Source: Felis catus (Eukaryota). Taken from it: DNA of 64,000 bases. The position numbers and the translations under genes are program-made. The notes beneath the pieces were generated by a model that was not told the DNA's origin, ran no database searches, and saw only the letters and a program-made list of their open reading frames with translations. The stretch is taken from assembly GCF_018350175.1 (NCBI RefSeq), contig NC_058368.1, positions 73,472,001 to 73,536,000 on the forward strand, given 5' to 3'. How positions within the stretch are numbered: the first letter of the stretch is position 1; the number at the start of each line of letters is the position of its first letter. Below, one piece after another: positions 43,155 to 54,920 of the stretch.

Positions 43155-45410
43155 GGGAGGGGCGGAGAGAGAAAGGGAGAGAGAATCCCAAGCAGGCCCT
43201 GTACTGTCAGCACAGAGCCCCATTTGGGGCTTGAACTCACGAACCGTGAGATCATGACCTGAGCCAAAACCAAGAGTCAGACGCTTAACCACCTGAGCCA
43301 CCCAGGCCTCCCTCCCTTGATGCATATTTAATGTCAGGTCTGGGTACCTTGTACCCCTCACGCTGCCAAAGTGGTCCCCAGAGCCTCATGCCTTGATGTT
43401 CGCTAAATTTTGTGCTCACCTCTTTCACCCCCTAGAATTTATAGGCCTCAGTTTCCTTCCCCCAAATGAAGACATTTGGAAAAACAGAAAGGATTGGACA
43501 CAACTGATGTCATACCTTGAAGAAATCAAAAAATGAAATGTGTTTCACGATAGGACCATATAGGCTTTCATCATGTTTAAAGAAGAAGAAGTTGGTGAAG
43601 GCAGCGTCTATAAGTTCTGGGTGTTTCCTGCTGAGCTTAACCAGTTCCAGTCTCTCTTTGCGACTGTCTCGCCCTCTCCAGACAGCGGTGGAGTTCTTGC
43701 TTTCCCAGGGAGGACCTGTGTTAGCTTGCACAGACATCATATCCAGACTTACTCTGGAAGACAAAAAGTGCAACAGATTTTCCTCCCAAACTGTCACATT
43801 GCAAAGGCTGCTGGGAAAGAACTCACCAAGGCTCTGGGTCATCTTAGACCCATCTCTCACCGGCCCATGGTTTCTAGAACAGAGTCAGTCAGGTCGTAGG
43901 TAGGCATCACGATATCCTTGGAATCCGTGGAGCCACACCAGGAAAAGATTGGATGGATGTGCGAGGTGGATTTCTTTTTTTCCAAAGGCCAGTCTCCCAG
44001 ATTAACGAAAAACTCCACATCTGGCATCTTCACCTGGAAAAAGAAAGTGAAGAGCTTATTTACATTGGTTGCAGTGGATAATAGCATCCATGGATCCGTG
44101 TGTTGGGAAAGGCAGCCTCGTGCAGGCAGTCTTTGCAGCCCCTGCTTGGTCACAGAACGGGAAGAACGGGTCTTGGGTCTGGAACACTTCTTTACCAAGA
44201 AATGGAGCCCTCACAGTCTGGGCTGCACTCACCTCCTTGCGAGGGAATGTGCTTCATGTTCTGCTGAAGTGCAGGTGCCCCGGCCCTCAGGCTGCCCCCA
44301 GCTCCCTGTGCTTGAGACCCCACAGGGAGCGGTCAGGGAGCTAGGCTGCGGCATGAACTGAGGCGCACACAGCCATAGTGCAGGGACCGCCACCCAGCAA
44401 GGGACGGGATGTCGTTCCCTCTCTGCAAGGAAGCGCTACACCCCCTGCCCCGTGGTGTGCACGCTGTCCTGTTCTCAGCCACCTCGAATCCTGCACTGGT
44501 TCCTTCCTCGGTGGCATTTCTCTGCCTTTTCACTTTGGCTGCATTCCTGTAATGTTCTATCCTGCAGCACAGCCAGACCACCCGGGGAGCAGGGAAACAC
44601 AAATGAGAAATCCTACCAGATGAAAGGCCAGCTTTACAAGCTTCAGGTAATGATAATTAGGCCAATTTGAATAGTGAGTGATTTTTCACAATACTGTATA
44701 TCTCAGTATACTAGATTTCCTTTCTGTGGTGCCTCCACAGTGGCCAATAGGCTCGCTTCAAAAAGGGATGAAGGGCGCCTGCATGGCTCAGTTGGGTAGG
44801 CGTCCGACTCTTGATGTCAGCTCAGGTCATGATCTGACGGTGGTGAGATGGAGCCCCAGCCCTGCGTTGGGCTTCGGGCTGGGCATGGAGCCTGCTTAAC
44901 ATTCTCTCTCCCTCTGACCCTCTCCCCCACTCGTGCTCTTTCTCTCTCAAATTAAAAAAAAAAACACCAAAAAAACATTCTCTCTTGCCCTTCCCCTCCT
45001 TGCATGTACTTTCCTTCTCTCTTTTTCTCTCTTTCAAAAGAAAAGTGGCGGGGGGGGGGATGAAATGACAAAGGTAATCTCGGTTTTAATGCTGCCAAGA
45101 GACTCTATGATGATCAAAGAGAGAAAGAATTACTGGAAAACAATTAGAACACAAAAAATTACAAAAAAGAACTTGGGACTCTACCCTTCATTCCTGGTTA
45201 ATGAGCCAGACGTTCCCATTTAAAAAATACACCCCAGGTAGGTAGGTGGTGGGACCAGACTCTAAACTCTGGAAGCCGGACACAAAAGCTGGCACTAATG
45301 ATTTCCAAGCTAGGCTGCTTCTACCAACAAGTGGCACAGACATGTTCAAAGATCCTGGTTTTATATCAAGCCACAGGTAAATGTTTGGGGTAAACATCGA
45401 TATATGTGTG

Positions 45411-45455
<45 letters not shown>

Positions 45456-46206
45456 ATATATATACCTATTTTTTTTTTGGAGAGAGAGAAATAGAGAGTG
45501 CAAGCCTGTGATTGGGACAGGGGCAGAGGGAGAGACAGAATCCCAAGCAGGCTACACGCTCAGCTCAAAGCCTGACATGGGGCTGGATCTCACGACCCTG
45601 AGATCATGACCTGAGCTGAAATCAAGAGTCAGATACTTAACTGACTGAGCCACCCAGGCACCCCAAGACCTACTTTTTAGGCAAGAACTGTTGTGGTCAG
45701 TCTGAGAAGCATCTTGAAAAGTTGGAGTCCTGAAGGGCAGTCTTTTTTTACATTCTTTCTCAACATTGTTCTGTAATATTTTCATGTTCTTTTTTTTTAA
45801 ATTTATTAAAAAAATTTTATTCTCAAGTTAGTTAACTTAGTGTAGTTTGGCTTTAGGAGTAGAACCTAGTGATTCATCTCTTATATACAACACCCAGTGC
45901 TCATCCCAACAAGTGCCCTCCTTAATGCCCATCACCCAATTACCCCACCGCTATCAACCCTCAGTTTGTTCTCTGTATTTAAGAGTCTCTTATGGTTTGC
46001 CTCCCTCTCTGTGTCTTGTGTCTTATTTTTCTTTCCCTTCCCCTGTGATCTTCTGTTAAGTTTCTCAAATTCCACATATGAATGAAATCACATGATATCT
46101 GTCTTTCTCTAAAGGACTTATTTCGCTTAGCATAATACCCTCCAGTTCTATCCACATTGTTGCAATTGGCAAGATTACATTCTTTTTCAATGCTGAGTAA
46201 TATTCC

Positions 46207-46252
<46 letters not shown>

Positions 46253-49200
46253 AGAGTGGCTGCACCAGTTTGCATTCATGAGTTTGCATTCACAGCAGTG
46301 CACGAGGGTTCCCCTTTCTCCACATCGTTGCCAACATCTGTTGTTGCCTGAGCTGTTAATTTTAGCCATTCTGACTGGTGTGAGGTGGTATCTCATTGTG
46401 GTTTTGATTTCCTGATGATGAGTGATGTTAAGCATCTTTTCATGTGTCTGTTGGCTATCTGGATAAGTCTTCTTTGGAAAAGTGTCTGTTCATGGCTTCT
46501 GCCCATTTCTTCACTGGATAATTTTTGGGGGGGGGAGGCAGGGTGTTGAGTTTGGTAAGATCTTTATAGATTTTGGATACTAACCCTTTATCTTGTATGT
46601 CATTTGCAAATAGCTGAAGGGCAGTCTTACTTTTCCATGGATTGATACACGTGCAAGGAAAACTTGACAGCACCCCGATGTCTTAGTTTAAAGGAGGCAG
46701 AATACGCATGCTATGTAGCCACCTATGTTCAGGATGAACTCACTATAAATGCTATGCAATTCTGAGAAGATACTATGATTTCCCATGAGTAAGTCAATCA
46801 AGATGTAGACACAAATTATCTAATAAATTGTTATTAAGCAACTGGTAACAAATGTGGGTAGAGCTTTTCGTATCGGCCATTTTACTATCACGGTCAGGTT
46901 CTCCACCAGAACCCTGCTGAAAGCTCATTATACCAAGGAACAGGATTCAACAGACGATGTCTTCTTTGGGCTCAAAGTAGGTTGAGTATTAAGCTAACTT
47001 TATTTTAAGACATTTTCCCTTCAAAAGTATTGTTATTGATCGAATTCTGTCCCCTACAAAAGATAAGCAAAAGTCCCAAACCCCAGTATCTCAGAAAGAC
47101 CTTTTTTGGAAATAGGGTTGTTGCAGTTATAATTAGTTAAGCTGAGGTCATACTGGAGTAGGGTGGGCCCTGATTCAATACGACTGGTGTCCTTAGAAGA
47201 CAGAGACACACAGGGAAGGCTGTGCGATGATGGGGCAGAGGCTGGATTGATGTGGCTGCAAACCAAGGAGCGCCAAGGATGGCCGGCACGCCACGAGAAG
47301 CAGGGGGAGGAAGGAAGGGTCCTCTCCTACAGCTCTCAGGAGGGTCGGGGTGGGGGCAAGGCCCTGCTGACACCTTGCTCTCGGACTTGTAACCTCCAGA
47401 ACTGCGAGAGAACAAAAATTTCTGCTGTTTTACGTCTCCAAGCTTGCAGTACTTTGTGACGGCAACAGTAGGAAATGAATGCAGGTATTCTCCAGGACAT
47501 AAAGCTTCAGAATAGTATTTTAATAAGGTTCCAGGATAGAGCACCACTGAAGCTGTTATTTTTAAAAATTATATTGTAAAACCTGGGCTGAAAGTGTCTT
47601 TACCTGAGAGGGAAAAAAAATACTTACTTTTCTAGTCAGAGAAAGTAGTATGGCATCCATGAAAATTCTAAAGCCTACATGTTCACCGTGAGTCTTGATG
47701 TAAACCTAAAAGAGAAATGAACATTTATTACGTTAATCTAACAGGACTGGCAGAATTCAATGAGGCAAAGTGTATCACAATGATCTTTAGAATGATTTAA
47801 AACAATTTTTTTACTATTTATTTATTTTTGAGAGAGACAGAACGTGAGTTGGGGAGGATCAGAGAGAGAGGGAGACACAGAATCTGAAGCAGACTCCAGG
47901 CTCAGAGCTGTCAGCACAGAGCCCAACGTGGGGCTCAAACTCACAAACTGTGAGATCGTGACCTGAGCCGAAGTTGGACACTTAACCGACTGAGCCACCC
48001 AGGCACCCCAGAATTATGTTTTGAAAATATTTGATTTTATTTTAAAGTTTATTTATTTATTTTCAGAGAGAGAGAGACTGAGAGAGAGAGAGAGAGAGAG
48101 CGCGCGCAGGGGAGGGACAGAGGGAGAGGGAGACAGAATTCCAAGCAGGCTCTGAACTGGCAACACGGAGCCTGATGTGGGGCTCGAACTCACAAACTGT
48201 GAGATCATCCTGTGAGCTGAAACCAAGAGTCGGACGCTTAACCAACTGAGCCACCCAGGTGCCCCTTAAAGATTTTTATTTCTAAGTAACCTCTACACCC
48301 AACATGGGGTTCAAATCCACAACCCCCGGATCAAGAGTCACACGCTCCACCAACTGAGCCAGCCGGCTCCTCATTGAATGATACTTAATAAAACTCAGTA
48401 CCTACTTAGAGCCAAAAGGTCAAAGGAAAACAAAACAAAATAAAAAAAAAGTCACCAAGTCAAACAAGCAAACCTTAATTGTACCTTGTTGTCCTTCAAG
48501 GTATAATGACACAAGCTTTGTCTTTGTCCAAATCTTTTTGGGATTTCTGCTGCAATCTTTTCCGGATCGACCGTAGGAAAATGTGCCAGATCTTTCTGAA
48601 TCTGAGTTATGGTCTCTGGGCAGTTCATCTCCTGCAACCAGGCTGCACTATCTTCCAAAGGACAATCACAGTTTTCATGGTAAACTGGCCCTGATTACAC
48701 ACAAGTAACAAAATATCACCGTAACAATTTCACTCACCATTCAAAACACGTAACAAATATCCATTATATGGCTTCATTAACACTGTTGTTGTAAAATTAT
48801 GTTCCAAATTACCTTTTAAAATATATGGAGATTTGGCAACATGTTGACCTTGGAATTTAACTTCTACCTTCAGGTTTTGGTAGCTTGCATACATTCTGTA
48901 TCTTACTATGAAGGACCCATCCTTCCGGTCTAAAACCTGGACTCCAACTCTAGTGAACTGCTCTTCTGGTGCTGAGATTTTAATCTGGAACACCTTTTCA
49001 CCTGGAGAAGATGTGAACCTATCACAGGAAGAACAGTAAGATATAAAGATTATTTTAAGGCACAAATGCACAAAGATTCTGCTCTCCAGTCTGTCAGCCT
49101 TATTCTTTTTCTCAAACTCTCCCCGTAACATATATGCTTGCTGCCTCTCTCCTATGCTTGTAGTGCCAGAATGAATGTGATGGATCAGAGATTTAAGAAA

Positions 49201-49630
49201 AAGAAGAGGATGGCAGAAGGCCACAATAACATAAACATTTCATTAGGAAATTTCAAGGGAATATCTAAAGGCTACATATTCATGTAAACATAGAACCCAC
49301 TTATGCATTCCACATATAAACATATTCTTGGGGTGCCTGGGTGGCTCAGTAGGTTGAGTGTTTGACTCTTGTTTCCAGCTCAGGTCATGGTCCCAAGGTT
49401 GTGGGATCAAGCCCTGCGTTGGGTTCTGTGCTGAGCGTGGAGCCCGCTGAATATTCTCTCTCTCCCTAAAACAAAACCAAAAACCAAAACACACACACAC
49501 ACACAAACCCTCTTGTCCACCTACTATTTATTTCATGCATCTGGAAATTTGTGGTCAAATGGTGCCTGTAAAGATAACGACCTTTTGAAAAATCTCTTTC
49601 AATGATTCTTTCTTTTTCTTTTTTTCTTCT

Positions 49631-49665
<35 letters not shown>

Positions 49666-49703
49666 CCTTTCTTTCTTAGAGAGAGGGTGCATGTGGGCAA
49701 GGG

Positions 49704-49750
<47 letters not shown>

Positions 49751-51075
49751 CCCAAGCAGGTTCCACACTGAGCATAGAGCCTTTGGTGGGCCGAACCCAT
49801 GAACCCCGTGAGTTCATGACCTGAGCTGAAACTAAGAGGCCCGTGGTCAAGCGACTGAGCCACCCAGGCTCCCCTAAAAGTTTTTTTTAAGTGAGTGTTT
49901 CCACTATTAAGATTGTTAAAATGGTGTTTAGTTTCCCCAATTGTTATACCCAAGTGACGCAATTGATAACTTTTTTTTTTTTTTTTTCTGCTTTGGAAAA
50001 CTTCCTGTAAGTTTTTCTTGGAATACCCAAGATGTTTTTTTTTTCCCCTTACAAAATATATGTGGTCAGCATCCTCGAATAACAAAAAGACAATCATTTC
50101 ACAGAAGTATGTGAATTCTAATTTATTTTATTTTTATATTAGGGAGACAGAGACGGAGCATTTTATTTATTTCAATTTATATTTTAGGGAGAGGGGCAGA
50201 GGGAAGGAGAGAGAGAATCCTAAGCAGTCTCCATATTGAGTGTGGAGCCTGACTCCAGGCTTGATCCCAGGACCCTGAGATCTTGACCTCAGCAGAAAGC
50301 TCTCCTGACTGAACTGAGCCACCCAAGTGCCCCAGAAGTATGTGAATTTTAAAAGCCCGTTTTAAGTTATCACCTTAATGGTTGAATTCAATGGAATGCA
50401 ATAATGTTTGTTACAAACACACAGGAGACTCACACTGATACTTTCCCTCTTAACTGTAAAGTTTCAAATAGTGTTTCATTTTTCTCTGTGTTTCAAAACT
50501 CGCTCACCTGCAGAAGTCTACCCTGAAAGCAGAGGGCAGCACCAGAGAGGGATGAACCAACCGACTTTTTCACAGCTGGGTGTGTACATTCCTTACAACA
50601 GCTTAAGCAAAAGTAGGTAGAAACACAACTTCCAGCAAAGTGCAGAGGCTTTGTCTCCCCTGTCAGAATATCTAGGAGAAGAGGGAATCCGGAAACATTT
50701 CTAAAGCTACAGGGAAAAATTGATTGGGATGGGGAAAGACTGTTACAACCGCATGTGGATAGCATCCAAATATCCTGGAATTTAAACCGCTGTGGAAAAA
50801 CCTTGGGCGGATAAAAAAAAAAAAAAAAAAAAAAAAGGGAGAAACGGTCCATTTTCACTGCATTCCAAAATAGGGAGCCGTTTCTGGACTTACTTATTTC
50901 CTGACGTATCCACAGCCTGAATGTAGAAATAGCGAGCGGGAAGCACGACAGCTGCCTTCAGCCCGGGTCCCCATACTTCGCTCTTCTCCGGACTCAGTCG
51001 CCTGTCTCCGCCGGTCTCGGCAAGTGCTGGCACTGTCCCCAGAAAGAAGCAGTAAAACAGCAAAATGCTAAACAT
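36617..51075 (-). CDS. POGLUT2: POGLUT2 (KDELC1), protein O-glucosyltransferase 2, 502 aa; join(50894-51075,48813-49018,48485-48690,47628-47705,43861-44033,43516-43753,41293-41502,40520-40609,38597-38704,36617-36634)
   Basis: Ten GT-AG exons total 1509 nt; signal peptide, filamin-like domain, CAP10/GT90 domain, C-terminal KDEL. Confidence 0.97.
37120..37234 (-). mobile_element. Short CAN-SINE
   Basis: AAGTAATCTCTACACCCAATGTGGGG...GAGCCAGGCAGGTGCCCC. Confidence 0.8.
37994..38115 (-). mobile_element. Short CAN-SINE
   Basis: Flanked by AAGGTCC. Confidence 0.8.
38597..38704 (-). CDS. POGLUT2: POGLUT2 exon 9
   Basis: EYANLQ...CTCHRKQ; 108 nt. Confidence 0.95.
38938..39179 (-). mobile_element. 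CAN-SINE
   Basis: Head, body, tail. Confidence 0.9.
39629..39818 (+). repeat. AT-rich minisatellite, 40-48 bp unit, about 4.5 copies
   Basis: CTA(C/T)TGCATTTTT at 39631, 39671, 39719, 39762, 39805. Confidence 0.85.
39989..40210 (+). mobile_element. CAN-SINE
   Basis: TSD AAAGATTGTACAAAGAG. Confidence 0.9.
40520..40609 (-). CDS. POGLUT2: POGLUT2 exon 8
   Basis: [30 protein letters not shown]; 90 nt. Confidence 0.96.
41293..41502 (-). CDS. POGLUT2: POGLUT2 exon 7
   Basis: HKYQINVDG...KDHDEE; 210 nt. Confidence 0.96.
41876..42080 (-). mobile_element. CAN-SINE
   Basis: Head, (GA)n, tail. Confidence 0.9.
42491..42700 (+). mobile_element. CAN-SINE
   Basis: TSD AAAAACCACTTAGTGG. Confidence 0.9.
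43072..43312 (-). mobile_element. CAN-SINE
   Basis: Flanked by GATGCATAT. Confidence 0.9.
43516..43753 (-). CDS. POGLUT2: POGLUT2 exon 6
   Basis: VSLDMMSVQ...WRGR...FFDFFK; 238 nt after a 107-nt intron. Confidence 0.96.
43861..44033 (-). CDS. POGLUT2: POGLUT2 exon 5
   Basis: [16 protein letters not shown]...ETMG; 173 nt. Confidence 0.96.
44772..44976 (+). mobile_element. CAN-SINE
   Basis: Head, body, tail. Confidence 0.85.
45405..45462 (+). repeat. (TG)n then (TA)n microsatellite
   Basis: Seen directly. Confidence 0.95.
45469..45664 (-). mobile_element. CAN-SINE
   Basis: Head, body, tail. Confidence 0.85.
45745..46613 (-). mobile_element. 5'-truncated carnivore L1 with internal (TA)n and 15-bp TSD
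   Basis: L1 3' UTR and ORF2 end; TSD CTGAAGGGCAGTCTT at 45730-45744 and 46614-46628. Confidence 0.88.
46210..46250 (+). repeat. (TA)n microsatellite inside L1
   Basis: About 20 units. Confidence 0.95.
47030..47483 (+). mobile_element. MLT1 (MaLR) solo LTR
   Basis: TTTGGAAATAGGG...GAGGTCATACTGGAGTAGGGTGGGCCCT...GACACCTTG...GGAAATGAATGCA. Confidence 0.85.
47628..47705 (-). CDS. POGLUT2: POGLUT2 exon 4
   Basis: [26 protein letters not shown]; 78 nt. Confidence 0.95.
47806..48370 (-). mobile_element. Three tandem CAN-SINEs (47806-48008; 48035-48265; 48272-48370)
   Basis: Three same-orientation heads in POGLUT2 intron 3. Confidence 0.9.
48485..48690 (-). CDS. POGLUT2: POGLUT2 exon 3
   Basis: [11 protein letters not shown]...LKDNK; 206 nt. 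Confidence 0.96.
48813..49018 (-). CDS. POGLUT2: POGLUT2 exon 2
   Basis: FTSSPGEK...PYILK; 206 nt. Confidence 0.96.
49330..50333. mobile_element. Three CAN-SINEs (49330-49490 plus; 49608-49874 minus; 50125-50333 minus)
   Basis: Heads and tails in POGLUT2 intron 1. Confidence 0.85.
50894..51075 (-). CDS. POGLUT2: POGLUT2 exon 1 (signal peptide)
   Basis: [20 protein letters not shown]...SGN; AA|GTAAGT. Confidence 0.96.
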
Positions 51076-51484
51076 TTACAAGACCGACTCTCGAAATGAT
51101 CCAAGGATAAATGAAGTGGAAGAAGTGGACGGGACCAGCGGCGGCTTGGGCAGGGGCACGTTGGCCGATCGCAGCAGGAAACACGACTCCAAAAAGGTGT
51201 CGCTTGCTGGGCTGGGCAGGCGCGCGGGTCTCCTCTCTCCCCCAGGACAGTCACAGGCGGATCGCTGGCTGGTCCGGCTGAAGGATGCCACCCGTTCCAA
51301 ACACGCTGCTCCTCTTTCTCCCGACAATGATAAACTTGGGTTGCTCTTACAACTGGAGCATCCTTGGGGGCGAATCGGTCTCAGGCTCCAGCCCAAGGTG
51401 CAGGGCGAGGGGATTGGCCCGCGTGTCGCCGGGCTGAGTAAGGCCCTCTCCAAGTGGATGGCGCGGTGGCGTCCGTGCTCCACG

Positions 51485-51503
51485 GCTTCCTGGGACATGT
51501 AGT
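51485..51503 (-). promoter_or_regulatory. ZNF143/STAF-type motif ACTACATGTCCCAGGAAGC
   Basis: Matches ACTACAnnTCCCAGnAnGC; abutted by palindromic TCGCGA at 51504-51509. Confidence 0.75.
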
Positions 51504-52705
51504 TCGCGATAGGACTAGCGGAAATCCTGCCAGGTTTTACCTACTCTCACTCGTTTATTTACTTTGCGGTCACCGCTTACATACAAGGTGCCCAACAGAG
51601 GGGCATGCGGGGGCACAGCTAAGAGTAAAGAAAAAAAAATTGTCACCATACCCTCCGCACGTGCAGAGGGCAGGTATTATAAAACACGATGAAAGGAAGG
51701 TGTTGTCAATGATATCTGACAACCGGTCGCCGGGCACAGCCGTCCAGGGCGCTGTCCCCGCGCGCTCCAATGGGACGAGAGACGCCAGCCCCAGGGTAAC
51801 TGGAGGCACGTCGCGGGCAGCGCGCGGGAAGCTGTGATCCGGGTCCGGTGCCGGCTCTGCGGCGGCCGCAACGACTCGACCCCGCCGGACAGGCCGAGAG
51901 GTACCCGGGGCTGTGGGCCGGGCGGAGGTGGCTGCGGGCTGCTGTGCGCCCAGCGCGCGGGGCCATCCGCCCGGCACTCGCGCGCCGCGGGCAGGGCCTG
52001 CTGTTGCCCGCCTGTCCTGGGCGCCGCCTGTGGCCGCCTGGGTTGCCGGGGGCCGTGGGCTCCCTGGAGCCCCGTGGCCGTCCGAGCGGTGGCCACTGCA
52101 TCCGTGCCCGTCCTCCTCCTGGGAAAAAGTGGGGTGAAGAGCTGGGCCGCAACATGGGGGCAGTGTTAGGGAGATGAGGGGCGAGTGCTCTCGGGAACAA
52201 AGCCCGATTTGGAGATGTCCGCGTGGATACCGGTGGCTCCTGCCTGGAGCGGGTGTCCACGCCACGCCGGGCAGGGCCTGGCCGGGAGCGCGCCGTGGCC
52301 GTCCCTTCTTCCCCGCACGTCTGCCCCTTGGCCGGGGGCGGGGGGGGGGGGAGGTCACCAGGAGGGGTCACGGAGCTCCGGTATCGGACCCAGAGCCTCC
52401 AGCTCTCCCTCCCACTTCCCTCTCGGGACCTCTGCCAGCTGCCCGGAAAACCCAGACCCGCCGGGGGGCTCCGCGGGCAAAAGCTGGCCTGGGTGGGCGT
52501 CCAGGCGGGGCTTGTCTGTTTTTTAATTTTTTGCAATTGTCTTGAGTATCGATTTCAACTGGTGCATTCAGAGCTCAAATAGGCGACTCCCTCCTGGCCC
52601 GGGGGCAGTAACTGACGCGTCCCACCCGCCCTGGAGTGTCGAGAGTCCGGAACCTCCCGCGGCCCCGGGCGGGTTGGAGGCGATCACCCCGCGGGCGTCC
52701 TCAGC

Positions 52706-52719
52706 GCTCCCCCTAGCGG
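52706..52719 (-). promoter_or_regulatory. Candidate CTCF site CCGCTAGGGGGAGC
   Basis: Close match to the CTCF core inside the CpG island. Confidence 0.55.
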
Positions 52720-54920
52720 CGGACTCCGGCTTCCGGCCCAGGCGGGAGGCGGGCGGAGCGGCCCGGAGGCCTCGCTGAGGGGACCGGGGCTGGGGGGCTG
52801 GGTCCCGGAGAGCGCGCGCGGGCCGAGGCGGCCGCCGGAGGGGCGCGGGCTGGGAGCGCAGCCTGGCTCCTCCCCTCGCCCGGCGCCGCCTCCTCACACA
52901 CCGGCTCGGCGTGGCGGGGACCGGCCTGCGAGACTGTCGCTTGGGTCCCGGCGGCCTCTGAGCCTGGCGGCGCCGCGAGCTTCGCAGAACAGGGAGGTGG
53001 GAGCTCCGCTCGCTTGCCCCGGGAGCCTGGGCTGCACGCCGCCGGGAGGACCCGGTATCCTTCGTAGGCCCGCGGCCGCAGCCCGGGAAGGGGCTCGGGT
53101 CTGAGCCCGGCAAGGGGCCTGGTGCGCGTGTGGAGGACATCGGGGAGGAGGATCGAGACCTGACCCGCTGGGGCTTAGCGCGTCTGGCCCAGCTCGTGGG
53201 CGCCTTTTCCACTGTTAGTAAGTCACCTCCATGCTATTACCTTTCACTGGCCTTCCGTATGGAATACAGATAATAGTTGTCACATGGGGAGGCTTGCTGA
53301 AGAGACTTCTGAAGGTCTTTCGTTCTCTAAGCCAACTTGATACTTGAAAATACGGATTGGAAATATAACCCGAAAAGAATGTAGCCTAGGAGATGGATAC
53401 TGACCTTACAAATGCAGCGTTTATTTGACAGAACAGTTCGTTCTAGTGACTTCTAAAAATCGTTACTTTACAGGTGCATTTTATAAAATGTTGTTCACTC
53501 ACAGTTAAACAGTATTTCTGTTGCCTGTGCCATGATGGTTGACAACATCATTAAATTGAGCCTTAGGTCCTTAGACATTCTTAGTAAAATCGTAATAGAG
53601 CATCTCCTCTCTTACCTGGATTAGGAAACATCATTCTCACAGACGACACCCAGGGAGGAGGAAAAAGAGGCTGTTTAGCCTAATGTTCAGCCCCTGATGC
53701 GTAAAGCCTCTCCTAGTAAATCTTCCTGGAATCTACTAGGCTCCTAATCCGGGGCTTAAAATAATGCCTGGCATGATGTAGGCACTTACAAGTTAAGTCT
53801 TTGTTGATGAAACTTTTAAAAAGTGCTCTTCCCTGGGGATAGACCTGGTAAGACTTGTTAAGGAAAGGTACTGAGTATGCACAGGGTGACCTAGCCTGGT
53901 TTGGGGAGCAAAGAAAGAATCCCCAGAAAGTGACATGGAAGGATATGAGCAATAAATGGGGATTAACCAAATACTGGAGGGTGAGTAGGAGCAGAACGCA
54001 TCCAGAGATTGGAAAGTTGGAAGGAGGAAGGGGGCTGTGAGAGAGGTATGGGGCTAAGGAGATCCATCCTGGGGCCAGGAGTTGGCTTTTTGTTCTAAGA
54101 GCCGAAGGTTTTAGGCAGGGGAGTTACGTGAGCATATATATGTGTCCAAGCTTTATTTTCTAATAACTCTGCACAGGTCAGGTTAGAAATATCATCCCGG
54201 GGGTGGGGTGGTGCTAGGAGTGGGGATAGACTTGGGAATAGTTTACCAAAATAGGAACAAAAGGAGATATGAGGTGTGACAAAACCAGAGAAGCTACAGG
54301 CTATTTAGTGCAGGGACAACTGCACCTTTGTCCCTCAGTGTTTCCTGAGGCTATAATTACAACATAATACAGTGATTGCTGTCTCTAATTAAGAAAGCCT
54401 GAGGACGCGATAATAATAGATATACTAACATCAGTTAGCTTCAGGGGCTCACACTGACATGGGGAGAACATTCCCCAGATCTGACAGATATTAAGGGAAG
54501 AAAATAAACATCAACAGCGTTTGGGTCATGGGAGTTGGATGATTTTCATTTTCTTTGTGTCATATCTTGGTATTTTGTAGTAGTTTTCTCTGTCATTTGT
54601 TTTACTTCTGTGATAAAAATCTAGAAACATTACACAATTTTTCAAAGAGAAATTTCCATAAACGATGCTTCAAAGGAGAACGTTTTCATACCGGTATTGG
54701 CTTTTATTGACAATTGATATAAATTATGCCCTTATGTGGATGATCTTCACTTTTTTTTTTTTTTGTAGAAGTGCAACCAAAGAGATCATGCTTGTTAGTG
54801 ACCATTATTTAAAAGCAAACAAACCCAAAACGCAAAGAAAACCAGACTATTAAATTTTTGTTAATTAAGTGCTATGTTCTTTCTTGTCTTTAGCTTCCAG
54901 AAAGTTCAACCCTACCTTTT

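Larger units (their letters stand above)
50920..53215. promoter_or_regulatory. Bidirectional CpG-island promoter region for POGLUT2 (minus) and BIVM (plus)
   Basis: CpG-dense; head-to-head genes; CCAAT (ATTGG 51413-51417), ZNF143 motif, ETS cores, GC boxes. Confidence 0.9.

Noticed and set aside
51065..53212. ORFs up to 276 aa in the POGLUT2/BIVM promoter
   Set aside because: Same GC-content artefact; they overlap in many frames.
54768..54870. Possible BIVM non-coding exon after a T-run plus GTAG acceptor
   Set aside because: No convincing donor found; cannot be supported without transcripts.
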